Of a stretch of DNA of 64,000 nt, positions 1 to 12,900 are shown piece by piece (within the stretch, counting starts at the first letter, position 1; every line of letters starts with the position of its first letter). The stretch covers positions 124,001-188,000 of the forward strand of contig CAJNYD010000039.1 in the NCBI GenBank assembly GCA_905331295.1, given 5' to 3'. The notes beneath the pieces are model-generated. The model was not told the DNA's origin. It saw only the letters and a program-made list of their open reading frames with translations, and ran no database searches. The translations under genes were made by a program, and so were the position numbers. This DNA comes from Rotaria socialis (lineage: Eukaryota).

Positions 1-374
1 TTCTCATTGAGGCTTTTCCTAATCGAAATGGCATGTCTTGCGCTTTGCTTCTCCAGGAAAAAAATCCATTATCGATGGCAGATTATTTTTTCCTCGAAAC
101 ACATAGAAAACTGTCTGTACAAATATCTCTCTCCATTAGTTTTCACTCTAGAAGTTCTTTCGAAAATGTTGATAATCTCGTAGGAAAAAAAAACAAATGC
201 ATTCTTATAATTCTATAGAATATTATATCATAGTCATCAAATACTAATATATGAAAACAAAGCAACACTACGATAGATTTCATTGACTGTGTAGAAGCAC
301 TTTTTCCTATATAGTTAGACGGAAATCTCTGTGTTGACCGATAACTTTTTTTATATTGATTATTTTCCTTGTAG

Positions 375-1017
375 AAAGATTGTTCAAAGGGAAAGTTAGA
401 CAAAAAAAAGTTCATCGAAGTATACAAACAATTTTATCCGACTGGAAAAGCAGATAAATTTTGTTCACATGTTTTCAAAACATTTGATACGGACAATTCG
501 GGAGAAATCGGTAGGTTTATTTATAATTTTTCATAGGAAATAATTATTGTTGTATTAAAATAAATTAGATTTTGTCGAATTTCTTATCGCTATATCTGTA
601 ACATCACATGGCGACATTCGTGAAAAACTTAATATGGCATTTAATATGTATGGTAAGTTCAATGCAATAGAATTATTGTAGATGTTTTATATTTTAATGA
701 ATGAATTGATTCATTTATTTAGATATTGATAAAAATGGAAAAGTTGACGCAAAAGAAATGGAACAAATTGTGACTGTATGTGTACAGAAGAGAAAAAGAA
801 AAGAATCGATTATCAATTTTTTTTCATTTTTTTTCAGGCTATCTATGATTTACTCGGTGAAGAAAATCGTAAAGGTGAAAATTCTCCCGCGAAACGTGTA
901 GAAAAAATCATGATTAAACTTGATTCAAATGGTGATAGATCATTAACCAAAGATGAATTTATAAATGGATGTTTACAAGATGACTTTCTTAAAAACTTAT
1001 TAGCACCTAATGCTTGA
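375..1017 (+). CDS. Neuronal calcium sensor (NCS/recoverin family) EF-hand protein; 5' exons lie upstream of the window
   Basis: GT-AG exons 375-510, 569-652, 723-775 and 838-1017 splice in frame: [98 protein letters not shown]...[18 protein letters not shown]...LLAPNA*. Three EF-hand loops ([27 protein letters not shown]). Confidence 0.93.
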
Positions 1018-2160
1018 AAAAGATAATTATAATGTTGGAGAGAAAAAGATAAAATAAAATAAATTGTAGAAAACTTATTGTGCTTCCTTTCATTTTATTT
1101 TTGTTTTGTGATTTGTCTTGTTATTTATGTTTCACTGGCAAAAAGAAAACAAATATCAAAAGGTCTTTATAAACAATCAAGCATCGAATACGTATTATTG
1201 TTTTTATTGCAACTATGACATACACGAACAGAGAGAGACAGGCTCAACTACATGTTTTACATTGTGGCAATGTCCTTGCAGATAGATTTCAATTTAGATT
1301 AGCTAATTTATCTTGAATGACAGCCACCAGTGCGACAAACGCGTGGGACCTGATGACGACAACTCAAACTTTTTATACAAATCATTACGTATCTGTATAA
1401 AGTTATGTCTACTGCATATTAAGTAATTCTATACATCGATCAGTCGCACTCTTCGGCTACACATAAATGGCTATTGTCCTATTGAATATGATTAGCTTTT
1501 ACTGAAGCAAAATGCATTTTCTTATCGACACTCATAGCAGATTGAAATCGATGAACTATGTAAAAATAAATAAAGCGTGAATATAATCTAAAATAACTAT
1601 TTTTTTTCAATTGATAATAATAGTTGAATTCGTTTTCTTGAAGAATGTGAATTTCTATGCTACTAGAAAAATGTATTTTTGTCGTTTGCAATATTAGATA
1701 TTTGCAAGCCATTTATCAAAGTTGACAACGGTTATGACAGAGTAATTTATCAGGTCTGCAGATCCGACGAACTTATTATTTATATGGTCGAAGAATAGTG
1801 CGTAATCAAATGTATTGAGATGTTTTAGCCAATGTTTCGTTGAGGAATCACTTGTTAGTCTTCGGAGATATGCCAAGACTCTAGTGAATATGTAAACTAA
1901 CGTCTAGCTTGTCTTTCCAAACATAGAAATTTAGAGGAACTTCTATATGACTCCCTGAGGAGTCGCGAGTGAGTACTCGATTGTCAAGAAAAATGAGTGT
2001 CGATACAAATGTTTCTGAAAGAGTAATTAAGAAATTCAGAATTGATGTCTTTTTTAGATTCAACAGTTGATTCGAATTGATGACTTTTATTCTTCTGATG
2101 TAGGTCATTTTCAATAACAACTACAATGATGAATATAAATTAAAATTATATATGTATATA

Positions 2161-2915
2161 TTTTGTGTGTACTTAAAAAGTGAGTACACTCTAGAATCGA
2201 TCAGTGTGTCCGTCCGACCGGCCGTAGGCACGATAACTCTTGAAAGCCTCCTCCAATTACCATGAAATTTTGTACACAGCATGATCTCATTAATATCTCG
2301 GTCGAGTTCGAAGATGAGAAGGATCCGTCAAGTAATGGCTGAGCTATCGAAAAAATTGTCATTTTTGGCCAGACCATCCCTGAGGAGGGGTACAGAGATT
2401 TTTCAAAAAAAATATTTTCCCCAGAATTATTCACAACATATAGAAATCGACTCAGTTTTTAACGCTGATTCCGAATCTGATATTAGTTTTGAACTAAACC
2501 GTAGCTTTCTGATGAAACATCGCCTGAAAAACGTTTCAAAATGCACAAAAACTGCATCCAGAAATCAAATTGCCTAGTTTCTCATGATAATTTTCGTGTT
2601 CAGACATTCTAGAATGACTCATATGTCCCATGCACTTTTGCAGAACACATAACTCTGGGATGAAATCCGAAGTTTCCACATTTATTTTTAGATTAAGCAG
2701 CTAATGGGTAAGTTCGAATACACTATCATATCGCGTTCTAATGAGTGTCATATGGGTGCGTGAGAAATAATAAGTCGAATAATTGTTTAAGATAGCTGTC
2801 AGTTTCATGTTGGATAGCCGGAAAAGTTCCAGGAAACCCATTTTGAGATTCCCTGTGGGGACTTTCATAGAGACAACTGATTTGGTCAAGCTCCGAGTAC
2901 TCATGCCAATGTTTA
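2161..2915 (+). mobile_element. Putative non-autonomous Helentron-associated (HINE/DINE-like) element
   Basis: Starts in a T run with a short inverted repeat (GTGTACT 2167-2173 / AGTACAC 2183-2189), followed by a GTCC-type microsatellite (gtgtccgtccgaccggccgt). A related GAGTAC motif lies near the 3' end (2895). GC is higher than in the flanks. Boundaries approximate. Confidence 0.5.
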
Positions 2916-5900
2916 AAATTATAATCTACTGAATGATATTTTCTCTTTTTAGAGCACTAACATTTCTAAAGGAAAAAAAGGAAAGTGCGTTTGCTTATAA
3001 AGACACATATCAATAAATTTGTAAATTTTACTCAATATACTTCCGTCTTTGAATATTCATTACAGTCAGCTGTTCTTTCTACTCTTTTATCAGTCCAGTT
3101 TTTTGGTTTCTTGAAATTTACGACGTAGGAAGATGTTCATTAACTATGAATAGCGTCAAATATAGAAATTCATCATCTTCTCAATAAATTAAAATAGAGA
3201 TTAGTTCCTATTTGTAATTTGAATAGTATTAATAATTTCAAAAGTCATATTAGATGTTAAAGCTCAATGAGCTCAGTCGTATCATAGATCAAAGCAGAGT
3301 TTTTTTTTCTAACCGGAACTATTTTAATGAGGTCTTAGTGAACGTTTAATATGAAGATTGAGATACCAAGTAAAATATCTATGGTATAGTTATAGGTATT
3401 GTTTCTATGTTTTCACTATGCTCAATTTGTCTGTTAGGCTGATATGAAAAGCTAAGGCAATTTGACATTCTTTGGAATAATAAAAATAACCGAATTATTT
3501 CGAATTGATTTTATATTATCATACAAATAATCCTATTGACTGTGACACATCTGTCTTTTCATAGATACCATATTGAATAGAACCAGTAATAAGCTATAGG
3601 ATTATATTTTAAATTGATTAGATATTCGCATTAGCCTTTTCCGTTTTAAACTAGAAGTTTTTGTTTTTGTTTTTTTTCGGATACAAGACACATAGTGCTC
3701 AGTTTATCATAAAATCTAAACAACAAGCGTAAGAATGAAGATGAAAACAAGATAATCGACGGAAACTCTAATCAAAGATGAGAAATAACTTTTTCAAACT
3801 ATAGAACTCATCTAATACCATGGTAATATGTTATCTATTGCGAAACGATTAATCTAATAAATATCGATAGTCTATCCTCCTTTTCTGTCATTACGAATAC
3901 AGACTGTAGCTTTCTAAAAACAAATATATATTATTTTTATTTCTTAGATTAACATATCTTACCATCATAACCAAAAGAAGAAAAAAATGACAACATAACT
4001 TCTAATACACTATGATAGCCCATTAAAGATGACTCTTATGCCAAGGCTAAAAATAGAAATCCTTAAAGAAGCAGTCTAGCATTATTCAATAATAGAAAAA
4101 ATATGTTTTATGGATCAGTAACATAAAAATACATGACAATTGGATAATTAGATAAGCAGTTTTTTTCTGTCGCTAACAATCATCTGCCAAATAAAAATGC
4201 AGTTCATTTTATAAGAAAAGAATTTTTGTCTATTTTCAATGGCTAATTATTTACTTCACAGAGCAGTCTGCCTTTATTTCTAGGATATCGTTAAAATATG
4301 ATAAATAAAATTTTGTAAAACTAAGCAAAAAGCGTTAAATGCTTTTTCTACTATCTCAAGTGGATATGGAAGCACGTATCGCCAAGATTTTTATCTCTCC
4401 CTGTCGCTTCAATAAAAAGCCACCATAGATAATATGACGTTTTTTTTTCCATTAATAATTAATCAATGCTTGCAATCTTCATCGAGTATGTTCTATAATG
4501 TTTTCTTTATCTGATATTTTTCCTAAGTAACTATCTTTGGATTCTATAGGCAGGATCGTGTATAATCCTAGCTGATGAAAACAAAAGTAGCTAATACTTT
4601 TGCCTTCGCAAATTTGGAATTTTATTTGAAACTGTTTATGTTGTAAGTAAAATACAGCTTTTGTATTCTAATTAGTTTTCTTTGTATATTCATTCGATTA
4701 TGTTGATATGATAAAAACATAAACAAGTCATCTCGATGATATCCATCCATAGTTCTACTTATACAAAAAAACGCCTTCACAAACGACAATTCAATGATCG
4801 ATTAATTTTATATTAGCAGATCGTTTGCAATATTCAAATTGCCTTTCGTTTTGTGAGAAATATTTTACCGAACTATATTCAAAACTTGAATATAATGATG
4901 AAACCTCCTATACTACAATCACTGACAGACTAAATAGGATATTGCTTATTCTTTAAATAATGATGCATATTACATATGATTCCAGTTTCGCTTGAAGATT
5001 AATTAATAATAATTAAACATAAAGTTGATCGCTATCTGGAATCTGTATCAAGCAACAACGGAGCAGAACCACAAACAATCTAAGTACACAATGTCAATAT
5101 ACAATATACAATATACAATGGATTGTATAATAAATAGTCCTACATCTGTTATTGTGCCAATACTTTGATGAAAAATGATACATCTGAGACGATCATTATA
5201 AGCTGTCCTTGTAGTTCAGATTTATTTTCTGTGTATTAAAATCAATGGCTTCGTCGAGTAGTAAACTATAGTTCGTTCTAATCCATGCATGCTTACTTCA
5301 ACAAATCCTATTTCTTTATCAGTAATTGTCGATATTTAATAGAAATTTGCCATTTTTGGTAGATGACAATTTTTGACGCTCATGATTCTGTAAAAACACT
5401 AAAATAAAGAAATTTTTGAAATGCAAAAGAATAAATTTAAATTCATCACTTCTAGTAAACTTTGGCGTAGTGATCATAGCCTAAAGAGGAGAGAGTATCA
5501 CAGAACAAGAACAACGGACGTGACCGCGTTGTTCAGATCAATTAACGTTATTGATCAGTTCTTGTATTGAAAATGATTTATTCTATGAATATAATTCATC
5601 AATACTATTAATTTTATCATCGTTTTCCGTGCACAATATTTTATATTTTACTTACTGTTCAATTTCATCGATCTATGTTACGTAGTAAGGCTGAACGACT
5701 TAAAACGTGGCTCCACCATCTGGTACCTACAACAGCAAACATTTCGGCATAAATAATTCGTAGGCTGTAGAGCTTTGAGAAGAAAGACTAAATAAAGCTG
5801 TATGTGATTGGACAATGTACCTGTGTAAATCGTTTCATAGGTTCTATTGAAAATAAAATACTTATACATGATTGATTCTAAGCTTTTATTGCTTATTCAA

Positions 5901-6944
5901 CATGTTGGATAGTAATCGCTAATCGTAGTTGCGAATGAAAAGAAAAGGCTTTGAGCAATATTCAACTTCTTATTCACGTTGAATTAGTTTTTATATATCG
6001 AATATGCTTTGAGTTCGAAATAGAAAGATTGATTCAGGCTGTGAGAGTGAAGCCATTTTTAGTCATGAATGTGATTTCTAGATCACTGTTTTTTAAACAT
6101 GAAATAGCTTTGAAAAAATATTGAAAAACAAAACATTGATTGAGCATCGAAAAATGAAATCTAATTAGATGGAAATAGTTAAATCTGTTAAGAATAATAT
6201 ATGGGCCGGTTCTATTTAAAATAAAATGAAAGATTCGTTTGCATGAAAAAATTTACGATTAGTAAAAGTACGTGAGAAAATCTGGCAGCGTGTCACATAA
6301 GCACCCTCAATTTAGTTGTTCTTAATTCAAGTAACAGTGTGAAGTTCTTTTAACCTCAGACGCACTCTTTCGCTTGACGAGTAAAACTGTAATTAGTTAA
6401 TTATTTTCTAGGTTTACAAAAAATAAATCCTCAGATAGATTGAATCTATTGAACTAGAAGACCTACATGTGTAGAGAAATTTTCAATATTATCGATCTGA
6501 AGTAAAACGTATCCCAAAAATCTTCTTTCAAGAAAATGATTTTGTACCGTTTCACAACGAAGCCTATTTAAATGCTCAAGCAAGATTCGAAATTTGTCTC
6601 ATTGAATCATACGAAATCGTTTGCTTTTTAACTGCACTAGCAACAGTCAAAGTCAACGTAACTCTCGCCGTACTAGGTGATTCTCGGTATACTTTTTACT
6701 AGAGAAAACTGGCCCTTCTAAGACTGTGTTCTATTGCGAAAAAAGATTTCGAAAATGAAAATTATGAATTTTTTATTCTGAAATTTTGATCAGCCTACGG
6801 TCTTAGTGGATATTTATTTTATCAAGAAAGCAAAAACAGAGCAGAAAAGATATTTATTTAATAGTTGAATAAAAATGGTGAAGCAAAGGAAAACAAAAAC
6901 ATCAAGTGTTCAGGAAATAATCAAACGTTTTCATTTATCATATT

Positions 6945-9900
6945 TTAAGCATATGTTAATGGTTTAATACTCGATAGAAGTTGATTAACTGTTTCAATAA
7001 ATAACGGACTAGCATCCATAATGCGAGCGACGGCTTCCGGTGAAAATTTATCACGCGCCAAATGAAAAAATTCCGAATGATACTAAAATAATAATACCAA
7101 AGAGAATTCTAATTACACTAAATATTAAAAGAATATTTTTACATCAGTAAATGTTGATGCCTCTGTAAATTCTTGTGAACTCTCACAAACATCAGTAAAT
7201 CCAACAAGTTCACTTGTAAAAATAATACATCGTAGATCATCCTTTATAATAATAATTAAGATAAAAATTTATTAACAGAGAATTTTAACTCTTACGTCAT
7301 GAGTTGATTGATCAATTAATTGTTCTTTACAGCCAATAACAATTTTCATTTCATCATTAACAAAGGCATTCCAATGGCTGTAGGAAAATGCAGTACAGGT
7401 TGATGCCATCGCCATTTGATTGTAAACCCACCATTCTAATTTATGATTCTAGAATATTGATTTTATTTCTTCTTCTATTGTAAAAAGAAAGCAAGAACCA
7501 ATACTAACTTTATTAATCACGCTCACATATGAATCTGAATCAGATTCAGGAAAAACATTGAGACCAAGTAATCTTAATTTCTATTCATAAGCAGAAGAAG
7601 AAGAAGAAGAAAAATAGATAAATAATCTCTAATAGATTTCGTTTGAAAAATATATTTACTCCGATTAATTCTTTTAATGGCATAAATTTATTAGCAATCG
7701 GTTCAATGATACTAACGAATGCGGGATTCGTTTTATAAATGTCATCGCCCTCATCAGCTGCTGGTCGACTTGTTGACAGAGACGATGTTGATGCTACTTG
7801 AAAAACATTGGGCTTAGCAGCTTTTGCAGCAAATAATGAGGCTGGTTTATCTTCAACCGGTAATTCCACTTTACGCGGCGGAAGATATACAGCTACTTTA
7901 TCGTACTAAAGTAAAAGAATATATGGTTATTTCAATGGAGAGAAAAGTTTTTTTTTATTCTGTTCTTTCTCGCAGTGATTTTATTTGAAAGTTAAAATAG
8001 ACAATTTTCTCTAGGTACTTCATCGATCACAAAAAGTTGCATGACAAGAAAATCCTTCATTCATTTTTATATTATATTAAAATCGCATTAAATAATTCTA
8101 CTCTTTTTATGTAGCATGATTCGAATAGAATAAAATTTATTCTATAGAAATAGATCTAGCAATAAGTCCGGTTTCTTTCTTCTTATTTCATTGAATAACT
8201 TATAAAAAAAGAGGCGAATAATCAAAGCTCATTTCCGGCGATCTTGTTTTATTTCTTTTATGATTGTTAAAAAAAGTCTCCAGAGAATTTTCATCTCGTA
8301 GAATTAGAAAATAAATACATTTGACAATCTCGATAGGACAATCACTTTAAATATGGAAAGTAAATGAAAGAATGTATGAAGCCGTCAAAAGCTTTTTGTC
8401 TTCAGTTCGTCTTCTTCTTGTTTTTCTTCTTTGCGTTTTAATGATCAGGCCTATGATAATGGCGTTAGACATGCGTTAACCCTATTAGCGATGATGGCTA
8501 TGTTGATGTGTTATCGTTCATTGTCATCACAATTTCTTGAGGCATCTTCTTGTGCTTACATCGATTTTTTTTATATTTGCACAACCTTCACAAACATCAT
8601 GATGATGGTGCCGGATAAATTTTCTATCGGAGATCGATATAGCACAACAACCATGATGATATATTTATTTGAAAAGGAACGAAAATATTTTTTGTATGTG
8701 ACGATTTTGAATGCAATGTGGGATAGCCCACTCGTACATCTGTTAACAATCAGTTTCGGTAGTAAGATAGAAGAACAGTAAAAAGAACAACGACACGAAG
8801 ACAAAGTTAGTAGTTGATCAAAGATATGTGTTCTTCAAAACATATAGTTGCGCTAACGAACAATAAGGTGATATCCAGTTTCTATAGTAAAATATCTAAC
8901 TATCTATCTATCTATCTATATATATTAATTCTGTTATTGGTATAAACATTCATGCATAGTTTACTTACATATTTTCTATCTAAGAGGAGGTTAAGCCTAC
9001 GGGCTTGCCGATCGACTATGTATTTCTTTCGTCGCTGTCATAGTTATTATTCTCTAGGATGAGAATGATGGGACACACATTCAAAAAAGAAATAGGATTA
9101 ACCAATAAATGTATTACTACATCCTGCTTCCATTTTGCTTTTCCATTAAAAAAAGTAAGCTGAAAGGCATTTATATCTATCTATAGATATGTTAGGAAAA
9201 CTGACAAGAATAAGGTCAAGTTGATGATTTGCTAACTTATTATAAATGGACTGGTGATATATTTGACTTGAGTTTTTCTGCCTTAAATTAAAATAATTGA
9301 ATTAATTATAAATACTTTACATTCATTTCTTTCTTTAATATTAATCATAGTCAGTTTGTTTTTTGTTTGACTTATTTTATTGTAGGTTAGGAAACAATCG
9401 TTTCTTCTTGTCTGTTTTCTTAATTAATACCAGTAGACACCCCCATAGAAAAAGGGAAGAAAAAGAAATTCTTTCTTTTTTCTATGCGTAACATGACAGA
9501 AATCGTAGTTTGTATCCCTGTTCTTCCCACGTTGACAACATGTCCTTAGTTTAGTAGACACCAGTAGGAAGTAACCAGAAAGATGTCGATAAAACATATT
9601 GTATACAACAAAAGGCCATAGATGACATGAATTTTTTTTTCATGGATCGTAAGTTTGAAGGCCAAGAAGAAAGAAGAACCTTGGCTACGTTTGAATGCAT
9701 TAGACTCAATAATCACTCGTTAGATTTCATTTCACTCTCTTTTTTTATTATTTCTATTAAACATCTGCATACTTCCTTAATTTCATCATTTGTGTCTAGG
9801 AATGACAGCTAGAAAATCACTTGTCATCATATTGCTATCACTGCTGTTTCTATCTTTTGTTCTTCATTCACTCATTCTTTGCATTCGGATTTTTCTCTTG

Positions 9901-12900
9901 CATATAATGGATTTCTTGTCACTTGTCTCTCTCTATCTGTCTACTTGTGTGTTCTCATCACATTGGCATATAAGCAGCTGACGTTGTGCATTAATTTAGA
10001 TAGAAATGCAGAATTTTTTCTTTTGTTTTTAATGACAGCTACATTTAACGTTATTCATTGACAATTTCTAAGTGATTATATAAATATGTCGTTGGATACC
10101 GATTTCGAGGCATCAGACAACTTTTCAGTATTCAATAATCATGATTGTTTCTATATATTTGCACTTGAAATCTTACTTTATTAAAAAAACAACAAGAACT
10201 GTTAATAACATGTTTCAGTTCTACATTGTATTATATCGATATGAATAAGAGACGAAATTGAAATGAAGTCACGACATGTATATCTATAGATCCTGCTGTG
10301 CCATGTTATTTTTCTACCACACATCCTTGTTATTCTCTTACTATTTACACTTTATACACTCATTTTTCTTTTGAGTTCTCTTCAACAGAGATCGATTGCA
10401 TCTCATTTTCAAGATAAGAATCAGCATAAATAGTTTCTTTTTCCGTTTTTCTTTTTCTACCATTCATTTTTTATAGGATTTAGTACTATTGTTAGCATAT
10501 CGAGTGCATAGAGGAAATGACATCACTGGGATATATATATATTGTTATATACACGCGCACATTCACGCGAGTCTATTCATTCATTGGCACGAATAGAGGG
10601 AAACAGACAGATTTTTCAGTCGTCGAAGAAGATAGAGATAGAATGAGAGATAGAAACAAAGAGAGAGAGAGAGAGACAGAGAAAGTTTTCTATTTACTAA
10701 GAATGTGCAAGTCCTCCTCGCGGGAAAAAAGACGAAGAAGAAAAGGAAAGAGAGAAAACGAAGCTGTAGCCCAATTGTCGTTGATGATAAAAAAAATGGC
10801 GAGAATAACAACACATACACACCCTATACATCGACAAGAAGATAGATAGGAAAAGGTTTACATAGGACAAACAAACTGAGTCTTTCCTTTGTGTTTGTTT
10901 TTTATTCAAGCGTTCCTTTTAGTTTTGACATATCAAATACATATACTATTTTATTTCATTTATAAAAATATCAACTTTCTAGATATAGAATTGAACAGCA
11001 ATAACAAAAGGAAGTTCATAGAAAAATGATCTAGAAACTGAATAATTCATCTAATGGACGTACTCGAATTACCGCGACCTGTTATTAATTTTCTCCGAAC
11101 AATGGCCAAAGAAAGTTGTCGTTATGCTCTTTCATGGGATATATTTGGCGGACCAGATTCAGTAACACTTACATTAACATGGAAACTCATTGATGATGAA
11201 GCACAATCATCAATAATTAATGAAACATTATCACCATCATCATTAAAACAGCAACAACAAAACCATGATAATCCTAATACTTGTCCACGTTCAGCAGTTA
11301 AAGAAAATACTCGATCATCATCACCCCGTCGTTCACGTTGTGATGAAAATACTTCTGCGAATGAAAATATTTCCGTACCAGCTATCTTTCGTTCATCTCG
11401 AGGCAAAAGTCTCGAAGGAAGTCATATACAACCCACTAAACCGATGGTTTCTCATCATCAACATATAAAAGAACATCAAAATGTTTCAAGTTTAGAACGT
11501 CAAACAGTAATAAATCATCATCATCAGCAGCAGCAGCATCATCATCATCAACAACAACAACAGCAACATCCATCAAAAAAAGAACAACAAAAACAAATAT
11601 CAACACAGTCAGATCAAATCTATGGAAATCTCAACGATCCACGTTCAACATCTGTTGTCAAGTGTGCCACCATATCTTCTCTATCTAGTTCTTCGTCATC
11701 TCCACAATCAAATAATAACACTAATAGCAATAACACTAACAATAATCCACCTTTATCTGTTGCTTACACGCATCATCAGCGCACTAAACAACCACAACAA
11801 CAATCTATAACTCCGCCAACTGTTCGAAAACCAATTAATTCATTAGTTAATACTTCTCGAATACCAACAATACCTCCTACTAATACTGTTACTACTAGTA
11901 ATACATCATCAAACTATACGAAACTACGACGAAATGAGAATCAAACGATTCATGATAATATGATTCCTACTAGTACTACTACTACTACTACTACTCATAA
12001 TAATAATAATAATAATAATAATATTAATAATAACGACGATGATGATGGTGGAACTGATCCATGGGTAAAACGTTTTGAATGTTCATTTGAAGATAACGAT
12101 GATGACGAAAGTACAGAACATTCAGAGGACAAAGAAGCTTTGTCTACAACTACGGACAATGTTGAAGAATGTGGAAATACATCTGGCAAAGTTAAATTCA
12201 AGACTAAACCCGATTATTTCTAAACATGAAATAGAAATTCTAATCTGTTTATATTATTTTCTTGTTGTTGTTGTTGTTTCTCAGGAGGAGAATGAAAAAG
12301 CTGAATATAATGTATAACTATCCATGATCGAATCTCTGCATAAGCAAGCAAAAATAAAATTTATACATTTGATCGTCAATGGTTTTTTTTTTATTGTTAC
12401 CATTTTGATATATTTCTTTCTTATTTATTCGATAAAAAAACAATTTTTGTCAAACGATGAACTAAACAGGCATCACATTTTCCTAGTTAGCATTATGACC
12501 ATTGGTCAATATGTCTGCATTATTGCCAACAAAGGTCATTGCTGTCATATTATATTATACTATAATACATTTGTCCGTTGCGTCAATCGGTGATTTTCAT
12601 TACATATTTCCCCCTTTTCCTTCTCTGTAACATATTCTTCGTTTATGTGCGTGTGTGTGTCGTTTGGCACATCATACTATTTCCGTTTGTCTTTTGACTC
12701 GACTATCAACCCAATTAGCGCATATCCCGTAGTTTTGACTCCTTATTTTGTCGTTTTTTTTCTTGTTCCTGTTTTTACAGATACAATAAGAAAAATAAGA
12801 CAAGCAGTTGGTGGGATCCCTAAGGATAAAATTGAGACCATACTATGATGATCGATACCAACTGGTCTTAATACGAATTAGACAAATGAACAGTTGCACA

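Noticed and set aside
1479..2120. Three consecutive short minus-strand ORFs
   Set aside because: No recognisable family and no consistent splice model. Possibly a decayed gene, but unsupported.
8431..10909. Several 60-116 aa ORFs on both strands
   Set aside because: Their composition is driven by AT richness and microsatellites, with no domain or splice support. Likely promoter/UTR of nested gene A.
12780..12880. Minus-strand LRPVGIDH resembling the CASC1 ELRP segment
   Set aside because: The true exon (27068-26902, QSWRMRP) was found and completes the frame.
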